Source: Cyanobacteria bacterium auto_48_18
GTDB lineage: Bacteria; Cyanobacteriota; Vampirovibrionia; Obscuribacterales; Obscuribacteraceae
Direction of reading: 5' to 3'
NCBI GenBank assembly: GCA_036170915.1
Contig: JAVHQC010000021.1
Location: 1-64,000 of the forward strand
DNA length: 64,000 nucleotides
Both the position numbers and the translations under genes were made by a program. Position 1 is the first letter of the stretch, and each line of letters starts with the position of its first letter. The notes beneath the pieces are model-generated. The model did no database searches, was not told the DNA's origin, and saw nothing but the letters and a program-made list of their open reading frames with translations. Positions 50,436 through 58,891 of this stretch are shown one piece after another.

Positions 50436-51223
50436 TGAAAACAAAGACCGACGCCGAGCGCAAGCAAGAAGTTTCTGACCGCTTCGGCAAGCACGCCGAT
50501 TCTTATGCCACCAACAAAGGTCACGCAGAAGGCGGCGACCTGGCCATAATTCTCGACATGCTCAAGCCTCAGGCGCACTGGAATGTGCTAGACATCGCCA
50601 CTGGTGGTGGTCACACAGCCGCTCTGGTAGCACCACATGTGGCCCAGGTGGTGGCCAGTGACCTTTCGCAAGGAATGCTCACAGCTGCAGCCAAAGTCTT
50701 TGCCGCCAGGCAACTGACCAATGTGGTTACGGTGCTCACAGACGTCGAGTCGCTGGCCTTCGCTGACCAGTCGTTCGATGCTGTGACCTGCCGCATCGCA
50801 CCCCACCACTTCCTCAACATTGAAGCGGCTATCGCAGAAATGGCGCGCGTGCTTAAGCCCGGCGGTGTACTTCTGATTGAAGACAACATCGCCCCGCAGG
50901 CCGCCCGCCTGGACCGCTTCATCAACACCCTGGAAGTGATGCGCGATAGCACTCATGTGCGCTCGTACACAAACCGCGAATGGCGCACCATGCTCCGTGC
51001 CGCTGGTTTCAACGTCACGCGTATGCGCGACTATCGCAAGACCCACGACATCGCCGACTGGACCGGACGCTCCGACCTGTCTATCGACCAGCAGAAAAAG
51101 CTGGCCATTTTCTTACTGGCCGCTCCGCAATGGGCGCGCCGGCATTTCTTGATCGAATACACCGACAATTGTGCGGTGAGTTTTACCGATGACAAGGTCA
51201 TTCTTAAAGCGGTAAAGCGTTAG
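50435..51223 (+). CDS. Class I SAM-dependent methyltransferase
   Basis: VLDIATGGGH, FDAVTCRIAPHHF, RVLKPGG. Confidence 0.92.
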   Translation: MKTKTDAERKQEVSDRFGKHADSYATNKGHAEGGDLAIILDMLKPQAHWNVLDIATGGGHTAALVAPHVAQVVASDLSQGMLTAAAKVFAARQLTNVVTVLTDVESLAFADQSFDAVTCRIAPHHFLNIEAAIAEMARVLKPGGVLLIEDNIAPQAARLDRFINTLEVMRDSTHVRSYTNREWRTMLRAAGFNVTRMRDYRKTHDIADWTGRSDLSIDQQKKLAIFLLAAPQWARRHFLIEYTDNCAVSFTDDKVILKAVKR

Positions 51224-51259
51224 CGATCTTCATATAACAACTTAGAAAAGAGTAGAACT

Positions 51260-51532
51260 ATGATCTGCAAAAAGTGTTCGCTGCAAAATTTCAGCAAGGG
51301 CGTCGGCAAATGCAAAGGCTGCGGAGGTTTGACCCTCAGCAGGGCTTTCAAATACTGCGGTTCTTGCAGCCAGACGAAAAACCTCTGTGCCGTTTGCGAA
51401 CAGCCTGGCACCCCTGTGGTGACCAAGTTCGTTGACGAATCAGCCGGGAACAGTGCTCAGGAGTTTTCCGACTCCGGCCTTGTGCTTTCGAGCGGCTTCC
51501 CGGGTGAAAATTCGGATTCGAGTCAAACCTGA
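51260..51532 (+). CDS. 8-Cys zinc-binding protein, CRIPT-like
   Basis: MICKKC...CKGC-x11-CGSC-x6-CAVC. Confidence 0.7.
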   Translation: MICKKCSLQNFSKGVGKCKGCGGLTLSRAFKYCGSCSQTKNLCAVCEQPGTPVVTKFVDESAGNSAQEFSDSGLVLSSGFPGENSDSSQT

Positions 51533-51564
51533 TAACAGGACCTGATACTAAATTTGACTCCAGG

Positions 51565-51679
51565 CTTTCGGGCGTCAGTGTGATTGATTTTTCACATTGA
51601 CGCCCCGAAGGTTTTTTGAAGGCTGAGAGAATCGCTGAGACTGACAGTCTCTATGCGGCTTCCTTCAGTCTTCTTTTTT
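51565..51679 (+). terminator. Two tandem intrinsic terminators
   Basis: Hairpin+T6 ending 51617 and a second hairpin+T6 ending 51679. Confidence 0.75.
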
Positions 51680-51811
51680 ACCCCTTATACTACCTCTTAT
51701 CGTTGCACATGTTAACCATCAATACCGTGGCCGGTTTGAAAGGTGTGCAAGAGGGGATTTAGAAGTAAGATCTATTTTTGCCCTGCCTTACTAACGGAAT
51801 TTCGGAAACCG

Positions 51812-52408
51812 ATGACCCAGAAGCCTCTTCTGACAAGCTGTCTAGCTATTACCCTGAGTGCCATTGCGCTGATATCGACCCTAACCGGATGCGCCGTCAG
51901 TCCTGAAGCCAAGAAAAAAGCTCGTGAAGAAGCGCTGGAAAAATTTTCCAGAGTAGTGACACAGCACTTGCTCGACCGCAATCCGACAACTCTGACAGTT
52001 TCAGTCAATCAGTTGATGCGCGTGGAAGTGCACAACACATCACTGGCAAAATTGCAGGCCCGCAAGATTTTGCCTGACTCTAATATTGACGTGCTGCGTG
52101 CAATTGATGATGCAGAGGTGGCTAAGACCACCAATGAAGTGCAAATTCTAAGCGTGCGGCCACTTACCCCTGTGGAAAAAGATCCGGTCAAGTACAGGGT
52201 TACAGGTAAGGAAATCTTCAAAGTCGCTGGCAAACAGGTCGACATGAGACCTTTCTCCCTTGAGCTGACCATACGCCTGACTCCGCAAATGGATGGTGAG
52301 CCTGCATTGCTGGAAGTCGGTGGTATGAGCGCCAGTACAGTTTTCTCGAAGCCAGCCCAGAACAAGTCAGCGGAAAAGAACAAGAAAACCTCGCGCAAGC
52401 GCGGCTAG
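51812..52408 (+). CDS. Lipoprotein
   Basis: Hydrophobic signal with LTGC lipobox; start moved to ATG 51812. Confidence 0.75.
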   Translation: MTQKPLLTSCLAITLSAIALISTLTGCAVSPEAKKKAREEALEKFSRVVTQHLLDRNPTTLTVSVNQLMRVEVHNTSLAKLQARKILPDSNIDVLRAIDDAEVAKTTNEVQILSVRPLTPVEKDPVKYRVTGKEIFKVAGKQVDMRPFSLELTIRLTPQMDGEPALLEVGGMSASTVFSKPAQNKSAEKNKKTSRKRG

Positions 52409-52656
52409 CCTAGCCTTACTGGCGTTTAAGCTTGCATTACTTAACGCTTCCCCGACTCTACTTGAATACCACCTGCGCCTAACACTAGGGTGCGGGAGTT
52501 ATTTCTATCCACAATCTCTAAGCCGGTACCCACAAACTTTTCCAACCCCAACTATTACAGACAAATCGCCGGCTACGTTTCCTGTGGATATGGGTCATTC
52601 AGATGCACCCTTGAATTAACCAGCCCAAGCATCTGTACAAAAAACGCGAGAGAACA

Positions 52657-53082
52657 GTGCAAATATTGATGAACCCGAAAATAAGGCCCCAATTACTCGT
52701 TGTCACAGCAGCAGCACTCGCCTTGATTGTTGTCTGTCTGTTCAACTACTCTCCGCGCCAGGTTTCCGACCCGGCTCAAATCACTGTCAACACCGGTGAA
52801 GTCGCCCGATTGAATCTTCTGCTGAACAACAGCTTAGATCCTGTCGACCGTGGTCGCAGTGCACAGCGCCTCGGCGCCATTGCTGCTCGCCAACTGCAAA
52901 GTGGTGTCACTACCACCTCACCCGGCACCAGCCCCGCCGAAATTCAGGAGAATCTGAACCGGGCTCTGTTGGCCGAAACCGATGAGACTGCACGAGCGTC
53001 GATTGTTTCAGCACTAACGCACATTCGCAACAACGAAATGATTCACAGTTCCATGAACCCACTCAATCTGCGGTTCAAGTAA
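52657..53082 (+). CDS. Membrane-anchored protein with HEAT-like helices
   Basis: N-terminal TM; DPVDRGRSAQRLG, ETARASIVSAL. Confidence 0.7.
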   Translation: MQILMNPKIRPQLLVVTAAALALIVVCLFNYSPRQVSDPAQITVNTGEVARLNLLLNNSLDPVDRGRSAQRLGAIAARQLQSGVTTTSPGTSPAEIQENLNRALLAETDETARASIVSALTHIRNNEMIHSSMNPLNLRFK

Positions 53083-53128
53083 CTAACGCTCTCAACTTAA
53101 CCCTCGCTGAAATAACGGTTTAGACCGG

Positions 53129-53186
53129 GGAGAATGCGGATCGTGGCTTGAAGCCTCTGATTCGCATTCTCCATTTCAGTTTTTTT
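53129..53186 (+). terminator. Intrinsic terminator
   Basis: GGAGAATGCGGATC...GATTCGCATTCTCC followed by T7. Confidence 0.75.
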
Positions 53187-53294
53187 GCCAATACTATTAG
53201 CCTCTATAGTTATACAATGTTTCTTCTGGAAATGGGCATGGATAGCAATAGAAACGTCATAATGAATTGGTAGCGACGGTGGGATCTGTTTTTC

Positions 53295-53320
53295 AAACTA
53301 GAGCGTATACGTTTCAGGTT
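53295..53320. repeat. Palindromic REP-like repeat
   Basis: AAACTAGAGCGTATACGTTTCAGGTT. Confidence 0.65.
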
Positions 53321-53350
53321 CGCAGACTGGAAAAAGCTGGTGGTTTTAGC

Positions 53351-53827
53351 ATGCACAAAGCACTGGTTCTCCTTTTGTCTACAGCTACAATCACAAATAC
53401 GGCCATGGCTCAGCCGAAAAAAGCCGACTATCCGAAGTTCGAAGCGCTTGTAACACCGATTTACACCGGTAAAACAAGGCCGCCGCAGACATATCCGCCT
53501 CTTTATTTCGAAGTTTATCTGAAACGTTTACAAGAAAAAGCATACGCCAAGTGGTTTCCCCCAGAGGATGCGCCTGGGCGCCAAACAGTAAAGTTTACGA
53601 TTACTCCCGAAGGCGAATTTCAAAACCTGGAAATTCTAGGACCCCACGGCGAGATTAAGGCAGATAATGCATGCTTGGAAGCTGTACTCGGTACATCTAA
53701 ATTTGCTAAAAGTCCATGGTTAGTTGATACAACCGTAGAATTGAATTTTTTCAAAGCCAGGGCCTTGAATCACCGCCGGAGGCTATCACCATCGCCCAGC
53801 GCGCTAGCTCCCAAATCTACGAGGTGA
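53351..53827 (+). CDS. Secreted TonB C-terminal-like domain protein
   Basis: Signal peptide; Y..RLQ.K...W.PP...V.FTI..EG...D.ACLEAV. Confidence 0.7.
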   Translation: MHKALVLLLSTATITNTAMAQPKKADYPKFEALVTPIYTGKTRPPQTYPPLYFEVYLKRLQEKAYAKWFPPEDAPGRQTVKFTITPEGEFQNLEILGPHGEIKADNACLEAVLGTSKFAKSPWLVDTTVELNFFKARALNHRRRLSPSPSALAPKSTR

Positions 53828-53831
53828 TAGT

Positions 53832-55364
53832 TTGGCAGCACTGATACTATGGCTGGTGACAATACTTGCATTGCTTGGTCTGACATCGTGTGGCGCCCTG
53901 GTCAGTATTCTACTTAAGGGTAGAGCTCGAACGATTGCAGCAGATGTAACTTTGACTGCAGCCACCCTATTGTTTTTAATTGCCACCTTAGGCGGCCATT
54001 TCTCCAAAGACTTTGTTAAAGAAAGACAGACTAAAGTCATGGCTCAAGACTTTGTCAAAAAGAGCGATTTGGCCGCCAATGGGCTTATGGAAGCCACGTA
54101 CATCGACGACCTGACACCACCACTGAAAGTCTTCAACGATGTACTGGGCGGCCATGGGCTAAAAACCGCGCTCAAAATTGCCGAAAAGAATGTGCAGACA
54201 ATTTCCGACAGCTGTCCAGACAATGCCGCCGTGGCAGCTCGGCTTGCCATTATTTTGCACATGCAGGGTAAAGACGTTCAGCCAGTTTTTCTCGAATACG
54301 CCAAAGCCGGCGGCAAACCAGACGCTCTGGTACACAGCCTAAACGAACTCTATCAAAGGCCAGTGATTGAGCACTCAGACCAGTACATTCAAGCGGTGCA
54401 GACCAGCCTTAGTGATGAGTGGTACAAAGCTACGGTTTTGAACGACATCTATCAAATATCAGACAAGGCCAAACTAACTGAACGCCTGGCTGCCAGGGCC
54501 ATTCAATCAAAAGCGTGGGCAGAAAAGCTTGCCATATACTACGCAATCACCGCAGTGATGTTGTTAGCGGCACCACTAACGGTGCTGTGGTTGAGACGCT
54601 GGCCCAATCTTGCCACCGAAACATTGCCCTTCGCTACTTCCTTTCGTCGCAGCTACGCCTGCCTCATAGGCGTTTTCATGGCCCAATTAATAGCTGGGGT
54701 GATCATTGGTTTCATCCTCGGCATCAACTCGGCCTTAAGTCACACCAAAATAGAAAATAACCTCTATCAATTCAGCACTCTGTCTTCGACTTCTCTTGCA
54801 GGGCTTGTATCACTGCTGCTGATGTTCTACTTCTTTGCCTGCCGACCAAAAAAACTATCAATAGGAAAAGCACTTACCTGGGGCTCAGTGCAACTGAATG
54901 CGGTGAGCCTGACCATCTTATGCCTGGGCGGTTTTGCCGCAACTCTGTCACTAAATTTAGCCACGCGCATGATTCTCAAAATGTTGCCGGGAAGAGCACC
55001 GGACGTACCCAGTGTTGTGCAAAAGACGATTATTGATTCAATATTCTCAGCAGATGGCGGCATGATCACTTTATTGGTGATATTCGCCTGCGTGATGGCG
55101 CCCGTGACAGAAGAATTGATGTTTCGCGGCCTTCTCTACGGCTGGCTGCGCTCGCGCACAGGAGTGGTCGGCAGCATAATACTTAGCTCTTTGGCTTTTG
55201 CCGCCTGGCATTTCGACCCCAGCGGATTCTGGCAATATTTTAGTATCGGCATGGTTCTGGCAGCAGTTTACGAGCGCACACGCAATCTCTACATAGTTAT
55301 GGCAATACACTCACTCTGGAACTTCTGGGTGATGTACATGATATCGTGGTTGGTGGCACATTAG
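53832..55364 (+). CDS. CPBP/Abi family intramembrane glutamic endopeptidase
   Basis: EELMFRG, FAAWH, HSLWN. Confidence 0.88.
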   Translation: MAALILWLVTILALLGLTSCGALVSILLKGRARTIAADVTLTAATLLFLIATLGGHFSKDFVKERQTKVMAQDFVKKSDLAANGLMEATYIDDLTPPLKVFNDVLGGHGLKTALKIAEKNVQTISDSCPDNAAVAARLAIILHMQGKDVQPVFLEYAKAGGKPDALVHSLNELYQRPVIEHSDQYIQAVQTSLSDEWYKATVLNDIYQISDKAKLTERLAARAIQSKAWAEKLAIYYAITAVMLLAAPLTVLWLRRWPNLATETLPFATSFRRSYACLIGVFMAQLIAGVIIGFILGINSALSHTKIENNLYQFSTLSSTSLAGLVSLLLMFYFFACRPKKLSIGKALTWGSVQLNAVSLTILCLGGFAATLSLNLATRMILKMLPGRAPDVPSVVQKTIIDSIFSADGGMITLLVIFACVMAPVTEELMFRGLLYGWLRSRTGVVGSIILSSLAFAAWHFDPSGFWQYFSIGMVLAAVYERTRNLYIVMAIHSLWNFWVMYMISWLVAH

Positions 55365-55380
55365 CAGAGCGAAATATTAG

Positions 55381-56574
55381 CTATGAAAAGAAGGTCAAAA
55401 TATTGCCGGCATTTCTTTCCATCTGCAGCTTTTCTTCAAGAGCATCTTGGGTTTCGGCTTCGCGCTCACCGTCAGCAATAAACTTAGGTTTGACTAGTTC
55501 TTCCAGTTCGAAAACTAAAATCAAAGCCAGCACAATTTCGGAATAAGCAGTGAGAATATCAGCGGCCATGGCTTCTTCTTGTTTGCTGGCGCCTTCTCCC
55601 ATAACCAGAGAACAAAGCACAATCAACCAAAGATAATGCTCACTTTGAGACTTGTCTAAATAGTCTCTGTAGCTGCTCTCAAAGCTTTCACATAGTTTTT
55701 GATCGAACATGTTCTCAACCGAAAAATCATCCTCGCGAAAACGTCCACAAAACATAATGCGAGCATAGGCCAGGTCAAAAAGCGGATCATCAAGGCGGGA
55801 ATAATCCCAGTCAATCACGGCTTTGATGGTGGAGCCCCGATAAACTAAATTGCCTGGATGAAAATCGCCATGCAGTAGAGCCCGCCAGGCATACTTAGAA
55901 CCATGGGCCCGCAGCCACTCTTCAATCATTGCCTGCACTTCAAAAACTTGTTCGACCCGACCCTGAAGGCGGCTTACTATGGCTTCAGCAGCGGCGATAG
56001 TCAAACTATAGCCAGGCATGACACCAAACTCGCTGGCGCGAGCAAAAGCATGTCGAATGCGCTCTAAGCACGCTTCATGCCAATCGACAGTAGGCTTTAA
56101 CCGCTTAACGAGGCCTTTAGCGAGATCAGCGCTGTCACCCGAACAATGCAACTGTGCCAGTACACGCCCGGCTTCTCCGCAGTGCTGCTCGTTCCAGGTG
56201 ACGCGCCTCCAGTTAAACGGTGCTGAGACCTTGATGTAAGGCCGCAGAGTAAAATAACGACCCTGCCAGAAATAGGCCGGCTTGCCGTCTTTAGCAAGCA
56301 ATAAAGGTACAGCTAGACTAAATCCGCGACTGCGTAAAGTATCAATGGCGAGGTGTTCTTGCTCAATGTCATTAAAGGAGCGGTTAATGCTTTCAGCATT
56401 AAGCACAAATTGTTTGCCACTGGCGTCTGTGACTAAGGAGCGCTCAGAGTCTCCATTGAACGGCCATGCTTGAACTTGCACAGGCTCAACCAGTGAACCG
56501 GCAAAGCCACTGCATACGGTGGCATGAGCGCACTCGGGCTGCTGAGGTTGTGATGAATCACCTTCTGATACCAT
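55381..56574 (-). CDS. APH/type II homoserine-kinase-like phosphotransferase
   Basis: LAQLH, LHGDFHPGN, IDWD, FDLA. Confidence 0.8.
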   Translation of the reverse strand: MVSEGDSSQPQQPECAHATVCSGFAGSLVEPVQVQAWPFNGDSERSLVTDASGKQFVLNAESINRSFNDIEQEHLAIDTLRSRGFSLAVPLLLAKDGKPAYFWQGRYFTLRPYIKVSAPFNWRRVTWNEQHCGEAGRVLAQLHCSGDSADLAKGLVKRLKPTVDWHEACLERIRHAFARASEFGVMPGYSLTIAAAEAIVSRLQGRVEQVFEVQAMIEEWLRAHGSKYAWRALLHGDFHPGNLVYRGSTIKAVIDWDYSRLDDPLFDLAYARIMFCGRFREDDFSVENMFDQKLCESFESSYRDYLDKSQSEHYLWLIVLCSLVMGEGASKQEEAMAADILTAYSEIVLALILVFELEELVKPKFIADGEREAETQDALEEKLQMERNAGNILTFFS

Positions 56575-56591
56575 TTAAAGCGCACCATTAA

Positions 56592-58601
56592 CTATGACGA
56601 GAGTTCCCATCCCAGCTCCTTCATGGCGTCAGTGAAGTCAACTCGGCTGCGCTGGCAGAAATTGAGAGCAATTATGGCCTGCTCTACTTTCAATCTTTTT
56701 TGGGTAAGCATGGTCATACATTGATAGCTGGCCAGCACTGTCTTCGTATCTAGTTTGCCCATAGTTATCAGATGCCGCTCGAGTTTGGCACCCTTATCTT
56801 GATCAAGGGTGCGCGCTTTTTCGATGTCTTCTTCAGTGACTATACCTGCCTGTTTAAGCAAATCAACAGCTGAAAGCGGTGGTGACATTGCTACGCGTTT
56901 TTCGCGCTCTACACTGGCAGCCTTGTTCTTAACCGCTTCACTGGGAGGGTGGCGTTTCTTAAATTCTTCGACGGCATCGTCTTTCGACATTTCCTGGTTT
57001 CGAATGGCGGCTTGCAATTGCAGCAACGATCGCCACACGGCATTGCTAATTAGACCAGCCTCTACCAGCACCGCCTCTAGTGGCGTATCGACGACAAAAC
57101 TGTGAATGGTGCCCTGGGGAGAGACGCGATCCATCTCAATTTTCCCGTCATTTTTGTGCGCCTTTTGCAGCAAATCTGCAGCCTGAGTGAGCGTCACTTT
57201 TCCTTCTTTAATCAATTTTTGTACATTGACGGCAGCTTCAAGAGTGGCCCGGGGCAGCGCGCCGGCTTCCATCAAGATGTGCACCGAACCGGCGGTGGCA
57301 GATGATGTCACTTTGGTCAAAGTCGTTGTAGTAAGGCTGAGCGATTTAGTTTTCGGGCTGAGTTTTTCGAGTTCAACGCGCAGCTCGGCCACATTGGCGT
57401 ACCGCCTGTCTGGCTCTTTCTCAAGAGTTTTAAAAATCACATCTTGCAATTCTTTTGGAATATTGAGATTAGGCACCACTTGGTCAAATGGTGGTGGCGG
57501 ATCGCAAATATGTTTGCTCAGAGTTTGCAGAGCGTTCTCGCCAAGAAAGGGCAAAGCCCCAGAAATGGCCTGATACATGAGACATCCGAGTGAGTAAAGA
57601 TCTGACCGACCGTCAAGGCTGAGACCCTTGCACTGCTCAGGGCTCATGTAAAGCGGGCTGCCGACGACGTCACCGGCGGAAGTCAGCTCCTGACCGGCAA
57701 AACGACCGTGGGGAAGAATTTTAGAAATGCCGAAATCTACAATTTTGACCAGACGCTCTTTTTTGCGGCCGGTTTCAACAATCATCAGATTGCTTGGCTT
57801 GAGGTCGCGGTGGATAATACCGCGGTCGTGAGCATGACCTAGAGCGTCACAGGCTTGTAAGAAAATATCAACAAATTCTTCCACGTCTAGATGCTTGATA
57901 TTATCGAGCAATTTGTCGAGGCCGCGGCCGTCAACATACTCCATGACGATGAAGGGGTGGCCGCTGCTGGAAAATCCGTAGTGATAGACCGAGATTAAAT
58001 TGGGATGTACAAGAGTAATAGTGGCGCGGCCCTCTTGCTCAAAGCGCTTTTTGCTCAGCGGATCGCTGAGCAGCTTGCCGTGCAACACTTTAAGCGCAAC
58101 AGTACGATCAAACATCTGGTCGCGGCCTTTGTAGACCACACCCATGCCGCCTGAGCCAATCTCTTCACGCACCTCATAGTGATCGATAATGGTGCCATAT
58201 TTGATGCCACTGCCGCTGCTCATCATGTCAGAGTCATCGGTCTGCTTGCCAGGCTCTAGCGACTCAATCGCTTCTTCCATGAGCTGATGTATGACTGAGG
58301 CTTCGCGGCTACGGAAACTCCAGAGCACGACATTGTCGCCCATTTCTTCAGCCTGCATGACCCAGGTGGCTTCGCCGGCGTTTGTACCCTTCTCGAATGT
58401 GACTGATAAGACAAAGTTAGAAGACTCGGTGCGCTTCCAAAGCATGGCGGCGGGAATTTCGGGGCTATCTTTGGCACGCTGATAACTAAACTCAAGATCT
58501 TCAAGAGTAGGCACGCGCGGCCATTTAGCAGGGCGGGGTATTCGAGGCGCTGCAGAATCTTGGTTGTCTGATTTTCGACTAAAAGAGTCTTGAAGAGGCA
58601 T
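56592..58601 (-). CDS. Hanks-type Ser/Thr kinase with C-terminal MshEN-like repeats
   Basis: IGSGGMGVV, ALK, HRDLKPSN, DFG, GSPLYMSPE; tail LLKQAGIV..EDIEKA. Confidence 0.92.
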   Translation of the reverse strand: MPLQDSFSRKSDNQDSAAPRIPRPAKWPRVPTLEDLEFSYQRAKDSPEIPAAMLWKRTESSNFVLSVTFEKGTNAGEATWVMQAEEMGDNVVLWSFRSREASVIHQLMEEAIESLEPGKQTDDSDMMSSGSGIKYGTIIDHYEVREEIGSGGMGVVYKGRDQMFDRTVALKVLHGKLLSDPLSKKRFEQEGRATITLVHPNLISVYHYGFSSSGHPFIVMEYVDGRGLDKLLDNIKHLDVEEFVDIFLQACDALGHAHDRGIIHRDLKPSNLMIVETGRKKERLVKIVDFGISKILPHGRFAGQELTSAGDVVGSPLYMSPEQCKGLSLDGRSDLYSLGCLMYQAISGALPFLGENALQTLSKHICDPPPPFDQVVPNLNIPKELQDVIFKTLEKEPDRRYANVAELRVELEKLSPKTKSLSLTTTTLTKVTSSATAGSVHILMEAGALPRATLEAAVNVQKLIKEGKVTLTQAADLLQKAHKNDGKIEMDRVSPQGTIHSFVVDTPLEAVLVEAGLISNAVWRSLLQLQAAIRNQEMSKDDAVEEFKKRHPPSEAVKNKAASVEREKRVAMSPPLSAVDLLKQAGIVTEEDIEKARTLDQDKGAKLERHLITMGKLDTKTVLASYQCMTMLTQKRLKVEQAIIALNFCQRSRVDFTDAMKELGWELSS

Positions 58602-58721
58602 CTTCCCCTGACTGCCTTAACTGGCTTTGTGTAACTCTTATACTAGAATAATTAGAGTTCTACTCTCTTATGCCAAGTTAGCTCGCAAAGCCAACACATT
58701 GAGGCAAATATCTTGGTTTTG

Positions 58722-58770
58722 GCTGTTTATCAGACAAGGTTTGCTGTTTATCAGGCAGGGTTTGCCGTTT
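58722..58770. repeat. 21 bp tandem repeat x2.3
   Basis: GCTGTTTATCAGACAAGGTTT / GCTGTTTATCAGGCAGGGTTT / GCCGTTT. Confidence 0.8.
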
Positions 58771-58771
58771 T

Positions 58772-58806
58772 GCAGAGAAATTTTCAAAAATTTCTCTGCG
58801 TTTTAG
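58772..58806. repeat. Hairpin repeat family 2, copy 2
   Basis: GCAGAGAAATTTTCAAAAATTTCTCTGCGTTTTAG. Confidence 0.75.
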
Positions 58807-58891
58807 CAACGGCCAAAATGGCTCCCTCAATCTCCATCTGGGCCAAAATCTAGGCCATCGAAATACTATGAAGAATAGTATAAAAGGTCAA

